DNA of 64,000 bases from Patescibacteria group bacterium (GCA_041738615.1 JBGSPL010000003.1:114352-178351), one strand, 5' to 3'; shown: positions 17,426 through 27,740, numbered from the stretch's first letter. Numbers and translations are program-made. Notes: generated by a model from the sequence alone, not told the origin.

Positions 17426-19321
17426 TTATTTTGTCTCTTCTTCGTCGACTACTTCGCCTTCTACTGGCTCATCAGATTTGGCGTCTTCTGCCTTTTCATC
17501 ACCCGCTGCGGCTTCTCCTTCTGGTTGGCTATACATCGCTGCGCCCACCTTTTGGATAGCTTCAGAGAGTTCATCGTAGGCTTTCTGCATGGCTTCTTTG
17601 TCCTCACCATCTTTCAGCTTCTTGAGCTCCTCGACCTTGTCTTCTACGGCTTTTTTATCATCGGTATTTGCCTTGTCCCCTGCATCCTTGAGGGTCTTCT
17701 CTGCAGTATAGACTAGGGCGTCAGACATGTTCTTTAGATCTACTAGCTCTTTGCGCTTCTTGTCTTCCTCGGCATGAGCCTCAGCATCTTTCTGCATCTT
17801 CTCGATCTCTTCATCAGTAAGACCAGATGAGGCTGTGATGGTAATCTTCTGCTCCTTGCCCGTAGCTTTGTCGGTAGCAGTAACGTGCACGATACCGTTG
17901 GCATCGATGTCGAACTTCACTTCTACCTGTGGGATGCCACGAGGTGCTGGTGGGATGCCATCTAGGATGAACCTGCCCAGAGACTTGTTGTCTGCAGCAA
18001 ACTCACGTTCACCCTGCAGGACACTAATCTCTACAGATGTTTGGTTGTCAGCGGCTGTTGAGAACACCTGTGACGCATTTGTCGGGATAGTTGTATTCTT
18101 CTCGATAAGCTTTGTGAACACGCCACCTAGAGTCTCGATACCGAGTGAAAGTGGGGTCACGTCGAGTAGTAGTACGTCTTTGACTTCGCCACCCAGCACT
18201 CCACCCTGGATAGCAGCACCGATAGCCACTACCTCGTCTGGATTTACGCCCTTTAGAGGCTCCTTGCCAAAGAATTCCTTTACGGCAGCCTGTACGGCTG
18301 GCATGCGCGTCATTCCACCGACGAGGATAACCTCGTTAATGTCTGTTTTCTTAACTCCTGCATCTTTCAGCGCAGCTTCACATGGTTTCAGAGTCTTTTT
18401 GATAAGCTCCCCTACAATGTCCTCTAGCTTGGCGCGGTTCATTTTGATATTCAGGTGTTTTGGGCCGCTTGCGTCGGCTGTAATGAAGGGGATATTAATT
18501 TCGCTCTCGCTTTTGCTAGAAAGCTCGATCTTTGCATTCTCTGCAGCTTCCTTTAGTCTCTGCAGTGCAGCTGTGTCGGCCTTCAGGTCGATGCCCTGCT
18601 CTTTTTTGAATTCATCTGCAAGATAGTCGATGATCTTCTGGTCGAAGTCGTCACCACCTAGGTGAGTATCACCGTTGGTAGACTTCACCTCGAAGACACC
18701 GTCACCAAGCTCCAGGATAGAAACGTCGAAAGTACCACCACCAAGATCGTAAACCACGACTTTCTCTTCCTTTTTCTTGTCGAGCCCATAGGCTAGTGCT
18801 GCTGCTGTAGGCTCATTGATAATACGTTTTACATCGAGCCCGGCGATCTTACCCGCATCTTTAGTAGCCTGGCGTTGAGCATCGTTAAAGTAAGCTGGGA
18901 CAGTAATAACTGCCTCGGTTACTGGCTCGCCCAGATACGCTTCGGCATCAGCTTTTAGTTTACCAAGAACCATAGCCGAGATCTCTGCTGGGCTGTACTC
19001 TTTCTCGCCCATTTTGATCTTCACTCCGGCGCCGCTCTTTACAATCTTGAAAGGCATTAGCTCGATGTCTTTCTTTACTTCTGCGTCGTCAAAAGCGCGT
19101 CCGATTAGACGCTTTGCCGAGAATATCGTATTCTCGTAGTTGATCACTGCCTGTCGCTTGGCTACTTGCCCAGCGAGACGCTCTCCGGCTTTACTTTCAG
19201 CAACGATCGATGGTGTAGTGCGATTACCTTCGGCATTCGCAATCACCTTCGGTTCGGCACCTTCCATCACGGCCATTGCCGAATTGGTGGTACCCAGGTC
19301 GATTCCGATAATCTTTCCCAT
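17426..19321 (-). CDS. dnaK: Molecular chaperone DnaK (Hsp70)
   Basis: 631 aa; [20 protein letters not shown]-like acidic tail. Confidence 0.97.
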   Translation of the reverse strand: MGKIIGIDLGTTNSAMAVMEGAEPKVIANAEGNRTTPSIVAESKAGERLAGQVAKRQAVINYENTIFSAKRLIGRAFDDAEVKKDIELMPFKIVKSGAGVKIKMGEKEYSPAEISAMVLGKLKADAEAYLGEPVTEAVITVPAYFNDAQRQATKDAGKIAGLDVKRIINEPTAAALAYGLDKKKEEKVVVYDLGGGTFDVSILELGDGVFEVKSTNGDTHLGGDDFDQKIIDYLADEFKKEQGIDLKADTAALQRLKEAAENAKIELSSKSESEINIPFITADASGPKHLNIKMNRAKLEDIVGELIKKTLKPCEAALKDAGVKKTDINEVILVGGMTRMPAVQAAVKEFFGKEPLKGVNPDEVVAIGAAIQGGVLGGEVKDVLLLDVTPLSLGIETLGGVFTKLIEKNTTIPTNASQVFSTAADNQTSVEISVLQGEREFAADNKSLGRFILDGIPPAPRGIPQVEVKFDIDANGIVHVTATDKATGKEQKITITASSGLTDEEIEKMQKDAEAHAEEDKKRKELVDLKNMSDALVYTAEKTLKDAGDKANTDDKKAVEDKVEELKKLKDGEDKEAMQKAYDELSEAIQKVGAAMYSQPEGEAAAGDEKAEDAKSDEPVEGEVVDEEETK

Positions 19322-19344
19322 TTTGTTCTCCTTTGGTTAACTAA

Positions 19345-19818
19345 TTACTTTAATTTATTTACTATTACCTTGGCTGGTCGAATGAGCTTGCCATTTAGCA
19401 AGTAGCCTGGGGCTTCCTCACTCGTTATTGTGCCATCACTCAGTGTCTTGTCAGCAGCTTCCCCTAGAGCTTCATGCTGATTCGGGTCAAACTGGGAACC
19501 TACAGTTTCTATACGGGACAGACCGTTTGCCAGCAGCACCTGTTCTAGCTGTTTTTCGATGGCTTTTACTCCGATTACCCACGAATTGCTCTCAATCTCT
19601 GCCGGTACATGCTTGGCGGCCAGCGCAAAGTTGTCCATCACTGGCAAGACCTGCTCTACGATGTCACTTGTTGCATATTTCACGAAGTTTGACCTATCTT
19701 CCTCGTTACGACGCCTATAATTCACGAAGTCAGCTTGGGTGCGCTGCAGTAAATCGCGAAGTTCGGCGTACTCTGTTTGCAACTTATCCCCCTGGGCGTT
19801 TTTATCTTTTTTTGGCAT
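19345..19818 (-). CDS. grpE: Nucleotide exchange factor GrpE
   Basis: 157 aa, coiled-coil N-terminus, position between hrcA and dnaK. Confidence 0.9.
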   Translation of the reverse strand: MPKKDKNAQGDKLQTEYAELRDLLQRTQADFVNYRRRNEEDRSNFVKYATSDIVEQVLPVMDNFALAAKHVPAEIESNSWVIGVKAIEKQLEQVLLANGLSRIETVGSQFDPNQHEALGEAADKTLSDGTITSEEAPGYLLNGKLIRPAKVIVNKLK

Positions 19819-20555
19819 TATTTTGCCTCCTCAAAATTACTGTTTTCATCTTGCTGCCAACTTTCCAGCATCTGCTTAATCTCTTCCACTACTGCAATCA
19901 CCTTCTCGTAGTCCATTCTTGTCGGCCCCAGAACCGCTAGTCTTCCTATGGTATTGTACGGAGTCTCAAACCCTGTAACTACGAGGGAGCAGCCGGCAGC
20001 TGCGCTGAATGGCGACTCACTACCGATAAATACGATTGGATTTACAACTTTCGGAATTTCCGATACCAGCTCATGCATCCTATCCAGTATCTCTGCCGCA
20101 CGAACTGCGTTTTCTGAATCCTGAAACTCGGGCTGTGAAAAGAGATTTGCAAGCCCGTGAGAGTAGATAAGCCCAGAAACACCGACAATTCCGACATTTC
20201 CCGTGCTGTCTGCCAGCGTTTTGGCCGCCAGATCTATCAGCTTTTCATAACGCATGTGCTGCTCGAGCATCTGGTGTTTGATTTCTCGTTCGTCTTGTTT
20301 GGTGAGAGCTCTAGTCTCCGCTACCATCAAGTTTACAAAGTACCGATACCCTTTATCTGTTGGCACCCTGCCAGCCGAGGTGTGAGGCTGTGATATATAA
20401 CCAAGTCTCTCGAGCTCAGCCATCTCGCCACGAATCGTGGCTGGAGAAAAGGGAAAATCAAACTTTTTACCAAGACTCAGCGAGCCAACAGGCTCAGCTG
20501 TTTCTACATAATCGCGAATTATAGCGTCTAGTATTGCCTCGGTTCTTGCGTTCAC
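19818..20555 (-). CDS. hrcA: Heat-inducible transcription repressor HrcA
   Basis: 245 aa; winged-helix N-terminus; CIRCE elements upstream; operon position. Confidence 0.9.
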   Translation of the reverse strand: MNARTEAILDAIIRDYVETAEPVGSLSLGKKFDFPFSPATIRGEMAELERLGYISQPHTSAGRVPTDKGYRYFVNLMVAETRALTKQDEREIKHQMLEQHMRYEKLIDLAAKTLADSTGNVGIVGVSGLIYSHGLANLFSQPEFQDSENAVRAAEILDRMHELVSEIPKVVNPIVFIGSESPFSAAAGCSLVVTGFETPYNTIGRLAVLGPTRMDYEKVIAVVEEIKQMLESWQQDENSNFEEAK

Positions 20556-20631
20556 TCATTCTCCCCTTGCAGGTAATCCAGCACGATTCCCCGAAGGGAA
20601 TCTGTGCTGGGCCCACAATACAGTGATTTGT

Positions 20632-20692
20632 CTGGCACTCTTTTATCTCGAGTGCTAAGTAGATATTAGCACTCCTCGTTGCCGAGTGTCAA
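20632..20692 (-). promoter_or_regulatory. Two tandem CIRCE operators (TGGCACTC-N9-GAGTGCTAA and TTAGCACTC-N9-GAGTGTCAA) upstream of hrcA operon
   Basis: Match to CIRCE consensus TTAGCACTC-N9-GAGTGCTAA. Confidence 0.85.
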
Positions 20693-20745
20693 GAGTTTTT
20701 TGAATAAAAAAGAGGCCCTACCAGACCCCTTTGCAAGTGCGTATT

Positions 20746-21369
20746 CTAGTCGCGCCAGCCCCTTCTCTGAAAGAAATTGGCAGCTCTGTTCATGGTCCTG
20801 CGTAGGAAATTACCCTGTACCTCATCAGCCTGGCTATGATACTTCTTTGTGGCTAGCTCTTCCCTGTCCATCCCAGATGCATATGTAGAAAGTGCCTCCG
20901 CCGCCGCTCTAGTAGCTCCTGCTGCACTTCCCTCAGCATTCACACTATCTATCCGATTATTTATAGTAGCCGTTTCGTTTGCTGATCTTGCGCCTGGAAG
21001 CAATGCTTCCTGACGAGCTATCTCCTCCTGACCCTCGCTGGTGTCGGAAAGTTTCGGAAATGCTTCAGACTTAATTGCACCTAGCTTGGCTCGAAGTGCC
21101 AGCTTAGCTTCTTCATCTTCTGCGCCATTTAGATCCAGTTCTAGCTTAGTAATATCGGCTTGATCCTTCTCAGCAACCAACGATGCCACACCACTGTCAT
21201 TAATCGCGGATTCGCCCTGTTCTGGGTCGCCAACAGCTTCCTCTGCCGCTTTTGCAATTTGTCTTGACTTTGCCTCGATAGAACGTACCTTGGTATTCTC
21301 GTCAAAAGTTAAAGATCCAGGCTCAACGCCAGCTATCTTTTCAGGTTTTGCTTCTAGGCTTTCTCCCAT
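20746..21369 (-). CDS. Hypothetical acidic Ala/Glu-rich protein
   Basis: 207 aa, low complexity. Confidence 0.5.
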   Translation of the reverse strand: MGESLEAKPEKIAGVEPGSLTFDENTKVRSIEAKSRQIAKAAEEAVGDPEQGESAINDSGVASLVAEKDQADITKLELDLNGAEDEEAKLALRAKLGAIKSEAFPKLSDTSEGQEEIARQEALLPGARSANETATINNRIDSVNAEGSAAGATRAAAEALSTYASGMDREELATKKYHSQADEVQGNFLRRTMNRAANFFQRRGWRD

Positions 21370-21472
21370 AACGAACCTTTCTTTTAGTATCTCTTCTGGG
21401 TCAATAGTATCACATTATTTATCAGGTAACCCCAATTTGTGCTAAAATGTTTAGGTAAGCGAAGGAGGGTGC

Positions 21473-21856
21473 ATGGAGGCCCAAAAACCAAAGGTTGTGG
21501 TCATCGAGAGTGATGAGAACCAGAGATACCTTTATGATATTGCTCTTGAATTTCAGAAGCTCAATGTACTCACAGCGGCTACTATTCAGGAGGGACTCGA
21601 GAAAGTACGAGAGATTCAACCTGATCTTATCCTCGTAGATGAAGTTGTTACTGATTTTCACAACTTCAATCTGATAGAAGAGCTCGAGAAGGTAGTACCA
21701 GATAAGCTGCCTGTAATCATTGTGACCAACTTGCGCGATGAAGATACCCGAGAGCTCGAGAAAAACAAAATTCACCAGGCATTTGACTACCTCGTTGATG
21801 GACAAAATACGGTCGGAAACGTAATTCGCAGCACCAGGAAAGCTATCAACCTATGA
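21473..21856 (+). CDS. Receiver-domain-like protein (single domain, divergent)
   Basis: RBS GAAGGAGGG; acidic pocket ESDE, LILVDE, conserved T and K positions. Confidence 0.6.
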   Translation: MEAQKPKVVVIESDENQRYLYDIALEFQKLNVLTAATIQEGLEKVREIQPDLILVDEVVTDFHNFNLIEELEKVVPDKLPVIIVTNLRDEDTRELEKNKIHQAFDYLVDGQNTVGNVIRSTRKAINL

Positions 21857-22227
21857 GTGAGCCAAAGATTGTCATTGTTGATAACAACAGGGATGTCTGC
21901 CGAATATACGAGGATACCCTAAATTCTGCTGGATACAGTGCAATCTCTGTTTGCGACGAAGAGAAGGCGCTTGCAGAAATTGCAAAGGAATTGCCAGAGC
22001 TTGTACTGCTAGACATACTGATGCCTAAGATTAGTGGTCTACACATCTTAGACATGATATGCAAAGATCGCAAAACCTGCAGCGTGAATGTAATCATTCT
22101 CACCGAAGTAGCTGATTCCAATATAAGACAGAAGGCCATGGACCACGGGGCAAAAGACTATATCATCAAGTCTGAAACAAACATGAAAGAGCTGCTAAAA
22201 CGAATCGACAAGGTTATTTCTAGATGA
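21853..22227 (+). CDS. CheY-like single-domain response regulator
   Basis: VDNN...LVLLDILMPKISGL...ILTEV...AKDYIIKS. Confidence 0.85.
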   Translation: MSEPKIVIVDNNRDVCRIYEDTLNSAGYSAISVCDEEKALAEIAKELPELVLLDILMPKISGLHILDMICKDRKTCSVNVIILTEVADSNIRQKAMDHGAKDYIIKSETNMKELLKRIDKVISR

Positions 22228-23207
22228 GTCTATCCATCAACAAAAAGGACTTTGGCCACTTTCTCCTTGGTATCATCGAGAGCTGGCCTACTTATGGTCC
22301 CATGGAGGACGAAGACGGTGCAAAGTCTAGATTTCGTTTTGCCAGACTCCGCACAGTCAAAGATTATGCTCTTCACTATGGTCCCACTATCATCCCACCC
22401 AAGAAATACCTCTTCCCGGCTAGGGAGGACGTCTTCCGATTCGAAAAAGGCGAGATACTCCCGCCCACAAACAAAGACTTCGTCGTCTTTGGGGTCAACA
22501 AACGAGATGGGGAGGGGCTTTTTTATTTGGACCAAATCTATCGCTATCCAGTAGAAGACACCTTCTATACCGACCGTCGCAAACACATGAAACTAGTAAT
22601 TGTTGATTCGTTACCGCCTTCTAACAACGTAGATTGCGACCTCTACCTACAGATTGTGGGCGACAAAAAGTTTGCCGCCTTCCCTTTCACCGACTTTGGA
22701 GAATCGCTAATAAGTGGCAATAAAGATTTTGGTCATGCAGGGGAAATTGGCGAGATATCAGTTCGACATATGCCCGATGAAGTCATACACCACCCTCGCC
22801 TCGCAGAGATTATAGAGGACTCTAGGGAGAGCAAGATTTGGGACAAGCTCAGTGAAATCTGTTTCAATTGCGGCATTTGCAGCTATACCTGCCCACTTTG
22901 CTACTGCTACAACGAAGGTGATCGCATCGACCTGCGCGGGAATGTGGAGAATGACGTAAAGGGCGGCCGGGAACGCACCTGGGACTCCTGCATGTTGCCC
23001 GACTTTGCGGCTATTTCCTTCAAGGATTTTCGTCCGAAACACAGGGATCGCATCTACAATTGGTATTATCACAAATTTGTACGCATGCCCAGGGAGCAAG
23101 GTTTTGTCGGCTGTGTGGATTGTGGTCGCTGCATCACCTACTGCCCAGCCAGAATAAACTACCGAAAAGTATTGGAAAGTCTGATAAAAAATGACAAACG
23201 AAAATAA
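22224..23207 (+). CDS. hydB: [NiFe]-hydrogenase group 3b Fe-S (beta) subunit, 4Fe-4S dicluster
   Basis: CGICSYTCPLC and CVDCGRCITYCP ferredoxin motifs; operon context. Confidence 0.7.
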   Translation: MSLSINKKDFGHFLLGIIESWPTYGPMEDEDGAKSRFRFARLRTVKDYALHYGPTIIPPKKYLFPAREDVFRFEKGEILPPTNKDFVVFGVNKRDGEGLFYLDQIYRYPVEDTFYTDRRKHMKLVIVDSLPPSNNVDCDLYLQIVGDKKFAAFPFTDFGESLISGNKDFGHAGEIGEISVRHMPDEVIHHPRLAEIIEDSRESKIWDKLSEICFNCGICSYTCPLCYCYNEGDRIDLRGNVENDVKGGRERTWDSCMLPDFAAISFKDFRPKHRDRIYNWYYHKFVRMPREQGFVGCVDCGRCITYCPARINYRKVLESLIKNDKRK

Positions 23208-24012
23208 TTACAAAAAGATCAAAGTCATCTCGGTTCGTGGGCTAAACCCCAGAGTTCGTGCCATTCGTTTTGGCTTCGTAGAAAAACAGGACGCCAAAGA
23301 TTTTACGTTTGCCCCGGGGAGCTTCATCATGGTCGCGGTACCTGGATTCGGTGAGTCGCCCCTGACGGTCACCACTTCTCCGAGCCAGCTGCCTGAGTTC
23401 GAGATAGCAGTGAGGACGAACGGTAACAATACTATGGCCCTAAACAGACTCGACGTTGGTGACACCGCCTACGTCCGGGGACCTCTGGGTAACGCCATCG
23501 ATTTACAAGCTGTTTACGGTCGTGAGCTCATCTTGATTGGTGGGGGCATCGGACTAGCGCCGCTTCGTTCCTTTATCCACTTCTTATCCGAGAACCCGCA
23601 AACTGTATCCAAACTGACTATCATACACGGTGCAAAGACACCGCAAGACCTGATCTTTAAGGACGAGCTTGCCAAGTGGAAAAAATTTGCCGATGTACAC
23701 GTCGTAGTCGATATTGGGGATGAAGATTGGGACGGAGAAACAGGCAATATAGTCAAATCCTTAGACAAAATCACTATTGGCAAAAAGGCTAGTGTCATCG
23801 TTTGCGGTCCCCCCGCCATGTACCTGCCCATAGTCAAATCAATTCAGAAAAAAGACGTCGCCAAGGAACAAATTTCTTTGATGTTTGAGCGAAAACTTCA
23901 CTGTGGTATTGGCAAATGCCAGCACTGTACCTGCGGCGGCAAGTACGTATGCCTGGACGGCCCGACCTTTAAATACAGCGAGATAGAAAATAACTGGGAA
24001 GCTTTTGTATAA
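23191..24012 (+). CDS. hydG: Hydrogenase gamma subunit, PyrK-like FAD/NAD-binding oxidoreductase with C-terminal 2Fe-2S
   Basis: Ferredoxin-NADP reductase-like fold, C-terminal CGIGKCQHCTCGGKYVCLDGP. Confidence 0.7.
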   Translation: MTNENNYKKIKVISVRGLNPRVRAIRFGFVEKQDAKDFTFAPGSFIMVAVPGFGESPLTVTTSPSQLPEFEIAVRTNGNNTMALNRLDVGDTAYVRGPLGNAIDLQAVYGRELILIGGGIGLAPLRSFIHFLSENPQTVSKLTIIHGAKTPQDLIFKDELAKWKKFADVHVVVDIGDEDWDGETGNIVKSLDKITIGKKASVIVCGPPAMYLPIVKSIQKKDVAKEQISLMFERKLHCGIGKCQHCTCGGKYVCLDGPTFKYSEIENNWEAFV

Positions 24013-24796
24013 AATGAAATCCTCAGAAACAAAAATTACAAAGAAAATGCAGATTGCCATTTTCGACATGACAGACTGCGAGGGCTGTGAGCTGGAGTTT
24101 ATCAACCTGCGAGAAAAGCTAGCTACACTTGCCGACCAAGCCGATTTTGCAAACTGGAGACTCGCGAGCGACAACAGTAATCCTGGTCCTTTTGACGTCA
24201 CCTTTGTCGAGGGTACACCCATCACAGAGGAAGATATCGCGATTCTGAAGCAGGCACGCTCAGTTTCTAGGTTTATCGTTTCTCTTGGAAGCTGTGCCGA
24301 TCTTGGAGGGGTCCAGAGTCTCGTGGGAAGCAAAGGCTGGAAAAAGGGTGTGCCGCTGGTTTACGGTGAGAAATACAAGACGACGAGCAAGGCACCGAAA
24401 CCACTCTCTTACTATATCAATGTCGACTACCGTTTGCCTGGTTGCCCCATAAACGGTAATGAACTCGAGGCTTTTTTGGGAGCTCTCCTAGTACGCAAAC
24501 ATCCCGCCGAGAAACGCTTCCCTGTGTGTCTAGAGTGTAAAGCACGAGAAAACGTCTGTTTACTGCTCGAGGGCCAGCCTTGTTTAGGTCCTGTGACCAA
24601 GGGTGGTTGCGAGGCTGCCTGCCCTAGTAGAGGCCTACGTTGCTGGGGTTGTTTCGGCGCCCTGCGAGGCGGGAACCAGAAAGCTCTCAAGAAGATGCTC
24701 GACATTAAGCACGGTAAGGATAGAACCGAACAGGTTTTTGGTGCTTTCATGACCCACCAAGATGAATTTAAAGAAATGTATCCAAAGGAAAAATAA
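24005..24796 (+). CDS. hydD: [NiFe]-hydrogenase small (delta) subunit
   Basis: MQIAIFDMTDCEGCE N-terminal Cys motif, CPINGNELE, additional Cys clusters. Confidence 0.8.
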   Translation: MYKMKSSETKITKKMQIAIFDMTDCEGCELEFINLREKLATLADQADFANWRLASDNSNPGPFDVTFVEGTPITEEDIAILKQARSVSRFIVSLGSCADLGGVQSLVGSKGWKKGVPLVYGEKYKTTSKAPKPLSYYINVDYRLPGCPINGNELEAFLGALLVRKHPAEKRFPVCLECKARENVCLLLEGQPCLGPVTKGGCEAACPSRGLRCWGCFGALRGGNQKALKKMLDIKHGKDRTEQVFGAFMTHQDEFKEMYPKEK

Positions 24797-26055
24797 TGCA
24801 AGAATCTGTACTAAACCACTACATCTGCAAAATCGAGGGCCACGGGGACTTGAAACTAAACTACAAGTCTGGCAAGGCAACTCTGAATATCGACGAAGGT
24901 GAACGCCTCTTCGAGCAGCTTGTTTTGGGCCGTCCCTACGACGATGCGCCATTTATCACCGCTCGTATCTGCGGGGTCTGCCCTACAGCGCACGTGCTCG
25001 TTGCCATCCAGGCGATCGAGGATGCCTTCGGTGTCACCGTGAATGAAAGAATTATGAGCCTACGCCGCGCGCTTCAAGCTGGGCAGATTATCCAATCCCA
25101 TGCTCTGCACCTCTTTTTCTTGGCTGCGCCCGACTACCTAGACGTAGTAAATGCCATCGAGCTACACCACACTAGACCAGAACTCTACAAAACAGCTGTA
25201 GCCATGAAGAAGCTCGGCGACAAATTAGTGGAAGTAATTGGCGGGAGGGCCATCCATCCGGTAGCGCCTGCTGTTGGCGGATTCTTGAGCGTACCTGGTA
25301 ACGACGTGCTAAAAGAAATGATCGGCGAACTGCGTGCTGCGATCCCTATGGCGCTCGCAACCGTGGAGCTTTTTGCGAGTTTCGAATATCCTAACCTCAA
25401 GAGAAAGACCGAATATCTGGCCACTCAGCAGGACGGGAAGCTCACATACCTAGACGGTAACAGCATAGTCTCGAACTCGAAGTTTAGGGGCACGATCGAA
25501 AACTATGGCTATGCCTTCACTGAAGAGGTGAGATCTGGTTCCAACTCTAAGTACGGCACGCGTGATGGTCACGGATTTATGGTTGGCGCGCTCGCTCGAC
25601 TTTCCCTAGACCAGGAAAGCCTCCATCCCAAGGCGCTATATGCACTTCGCAGCATATGGGGGCAGAAACTCCCCTCCTACAATAGTTTTCATAATAATGT
25701 GGCCCAGGCGATAGAGATCGTCCATCTCATCGAGGAGTCTATTGCACAGCTCGAATCCGCCATCGCAAACTCCAAGGAGCTTGCTAGAGTGCCTTTCACG
25801 GTTCGGGAAGGCTGTGGCGTTGGCGCTATAGAGGCTCCTCGCGGTACCCTCTATCACTCGGTAAAAACAGATAAAAATGGCATCATCACCGACTACGACA
25901 TCGTCACTCCTACAGTCCAGAGTCTTGTAAACCTAGAGGAAGATGCCGATGAGATGATGAAAAAGTACGGCAAACTACCAGAGAAAGAGCTGTATAGACA
26001 AATCGAAATGCTCATCCGAGCGTACGACCCCTGCATCACCTGTTCGGTACACTAA
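24796..26055 (+). CDS. hydA: [NiFe]-hydrogenase large (alpha) subunit
   Basis: N-terminal RICGVCPTAH and C-terminal DPCITCSVH Ni-binding motifs. Confidence 0.85.
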   Translation: MQESVLNHYICKIEGHGDLKLNYKSGKATLNIDEGERLFEQLVLGRPYDDAPFITARICGVCPTAHVLVAIQAIEDAFGVTVNERIMSLRRALQAGQIIQSHALHLFFLAAPDYLDVVNAIELHHTRPELYKTAVAMKKLGDKLVEVIGGRAIHPVAPAVGGFLSVPGNDVLKEMIGELRAAIPMALATVELFASFEYPNLKRKTEYLATQQDGKLTYLDGNSIVSNSKFRGTIENYGYAFTEEVRSGSNSKYGTRDGHGFMVGALARLSLDQESLHPKALYALRSIWGQKLPSYNSFHNNVAQAIEIVHLIEESIAQLESAIANSKELARVPFTVREGCGVGAIEAPRGTLYHSVKTDKNGIITDYDIVTPTVQSLVNLEEDADEMMKKYGKLPEKELYRQIEMLIRAYDPCITCSVH

Positions 26056-26063
26056 ACGGCCAA

Positions 26064-26091
26064 GGCCGGCGCTCCATGCGGAGCGCCGGCC
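26064..26091. terminator. GC-rich perfect hairpin GGCCGGCGCTCC-ATGC-GGAGCGCCGGCC between convergent hydA and island E gene
   Basis: 12-bp perfect stem; overlaps stop of 26091..26702. Confidence 0.55.
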
Positions 26092-26702
26092 TATAGTCCC
26101 AGTGCCTCTTTTGCCTTCTCGGTCCCGTGCCTCAGCCGTGGGGCCTGGAAGTAGTCGATAACGTCGATTCCCGCCATCTTGTTGGGCAACCCAGCAGAGA
26201 GCTGATTGCCGAGAATCTGAGCACTCATTCCGCCGTCTTCTACCCAAATCAGGGCTGCCAGGTGGGCGTACGGCGTCCCGACTTGCTTCCCGTAAGGAAC
26301 CAGTCCGCGAAGCTCCACGTTTGCGTCGCCGTTATCGTAGTAGTACTTACCGCCGACCATCGAGAGCGGTACCAGCGTGTGTGCGAACGCCTGCACCTGT
26401 CTTGGAAGCTCGGCACCAATCGTTGTTTCGATGGTGTCGAATTTGCCAGTATGCCCCGTCCCCGAGAAATGAAGCAGCAATGAACGCTGGTCTATCTTCC
26501 CCGAGGTTTGCCGTGCCGTCGCCGCGAGATCCATGAGACCATCGAGACTTGTAGCCAGCACACCGAAGGCTTCGAAGAAATCGTCCGACTTGTCACGGTC
26601 TAGCAGCTCTACGGCCTTCATCATGGGACCGTACGCGCCGCCGCAGCTAGCCAGAAGTTCTCTAGCGAGACCCTTGTCGTTAGGGTTCATTTCCAGGTTC
26701 AT
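26091..26702 (-). CDS. Island E GC-rich hypothetical protein (203 aa) appended to hypC operon
   Basis: High GC; RBS AGGAGG 7 nt before ATG, start 12 nt after hypC stop. Confidence 0.5.
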   Translation of the reverse strand: MNLEMNPNDKGLARELLASCGGAYGPMMKAVELLDRDKSDDFFEAFGVLATSLDGLMDLAATARQTSGKIDQRSLLLHFSGTGHTGKFDTIETTIGAELPRQVQAFAHTLVPLSMVGGKYYYDNGDANVELRGLVPYGKQVGTPYAHLAALIWVEDGGMSAQILGNQLSAGLPNKMAGIDVIDYFQAPRLRHGTEKAKEALGL

Positions 26703-26713
26703 GTGCTCACCTC

Positions 26714-26932
26714 CTAGTGACTACTGTGGGCCTGGGAAATCAATTGTAGTATTTCTTCTGCATCTTTACTAGGGATTCGGCTCACAGCAAGCTCGCCGTG
26801 GGCGAGAATCCAGTCCCCGACCTGAGGATCATCTATCAGAGAAAGCTCTACTTTATACTCTTTGCCGCCGTGTACGACGTATCCGTAATCCCCTTCGACC
26901 CGAGTCATTTTCATTGGTGTTGCGAGACACAT
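26714..26932 (-). CDS. hypC: Hydrogenase maturation factor HypC/HupF
   Basis: 72 aa; N-terminal MCLATP (MC(L/I)A(I/V)P) motif. Confidence 0.8.
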   Translation of the reverse strand: MCLATPMKMTRVEGDYGYVVHGGKEYKVELSLIDDPQVGDWILAHGELAVSRIPSKDAEEILQLISQAHSSH

Positions 26933-27279
26933 TACTTACCCACTTTCGTCAGCCACTCAAAGTGGACTTTATCATCATCAAAAACTTCTTTTACTTCATA
27001 CAAACCGCGTGTCCAGGTACTACCGTTTAGCTGAAAGTGGGTCGCCTCGAGAATCACTATGCTGGCGAGAGGACGCGAGAGCACCTCATTACCCTTCGTT
27101 TCCAAAAGAGCAATTTCACCTTGTAGCCAGTAGTTTCGCTGATCCTTCTTCAGGAAATCGTAGGTCTTCCCAGCCTCGAGTATCTCGGGCAGGCACTCCT
27201 CGAGTTTCCTATCTCCCTTCTCGTAATCGGAGTGGTTCCGAAGGGCTAGGTCTGGATTAAATTCTACCTTTATTCCCAT
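26932..27279 (-). CDS. Hypothetical protein
   Basis: 115 aa, stop/start abuts hypC. Confidence 0.45.
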   Translation of the reverse strand: MGIKVEFNPDLALRNHSDYEKGDRKLEECLPEILEAGKTYDFLKKDQRNYWLQGEIALLETKGNEVLSRPLASIVILEATHFQLNGSTWTRGLYEVKEVFDDDKVHFEWLTKVGK

Positions 27280-27293
27280 ATCAACTCCCTCCT

Positions 27294-27710
27294 TTAGGCA
27301 ACTGCCCTGTTTTGCTGCACGGCTATGTACTGTTTTGCCTTTTCCGCATCAATAGCGAAGCCCAGGGTTCTGCCGTCTTCGGATATTCTATAAACTGTAG
27401 TAGGACGAACTACGCGAAGACCAGGGTCCCCGCCATATACAGGCATCGCCACCTTTATTGCAGTTTGTTCAGTGGTTTCAATGGTGCCTCCGAAATATAA
27501 CAACTCATTTCCGGCGACAAGCAGCGTATTCTCCGGGTCCATCTCCATAAGATGTTGTACTTCCAGTGGATTAGGCATCTCGCCTACCCCGCTTACTACA
27601 TGATAATCCGTGGCACCCTGCTCTGGCGACGCTTGGTTTGCCTGGTACCCCGCCCATTCGTTTCGAGATTGTTCTGGCATTTCTGGTTGTGGGCTATATC
27701 CTTCTAACAT
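27294..27710 (-). CDS. Hypothetical protein
   Basis: 138 aa. Confidence 0.45.
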   Translation of the reverse strand: MLEGYSPQPEMPEQSRNEWAGYQANQASPEQGATDYHVVSGVGEMPNPLEVQHLMEMDPENTLLVAGNELLYFGGTIETTEQTAIKVAMPVYGGDPGLRVVRPTTVYRISEDGRTLGFAIDAEKAKQYIAVQQNRAVA

Positions 27711-27740
27711 ACTCTGATTTTACCATAAAACTGACAATTC

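Noticed and set aside
17835-18626. 263-aa ORF antisense to dnaK, plus similar antisense ORFs inside dnaJ, ftsH, atpD, atpG and hydA
   Set aside because: These are embedded in conserved, well-recognised genes on the opposite strand and are spurious.
21422-21805. 127-aa minus-strand ORF opposite the first receiver-domain gene
   Set aside because: The plus-strand ORF has a GAAGGAGGG site, receiver-domain residues and translational coupling to the CheY-like gene. The minus ORF has none of these.
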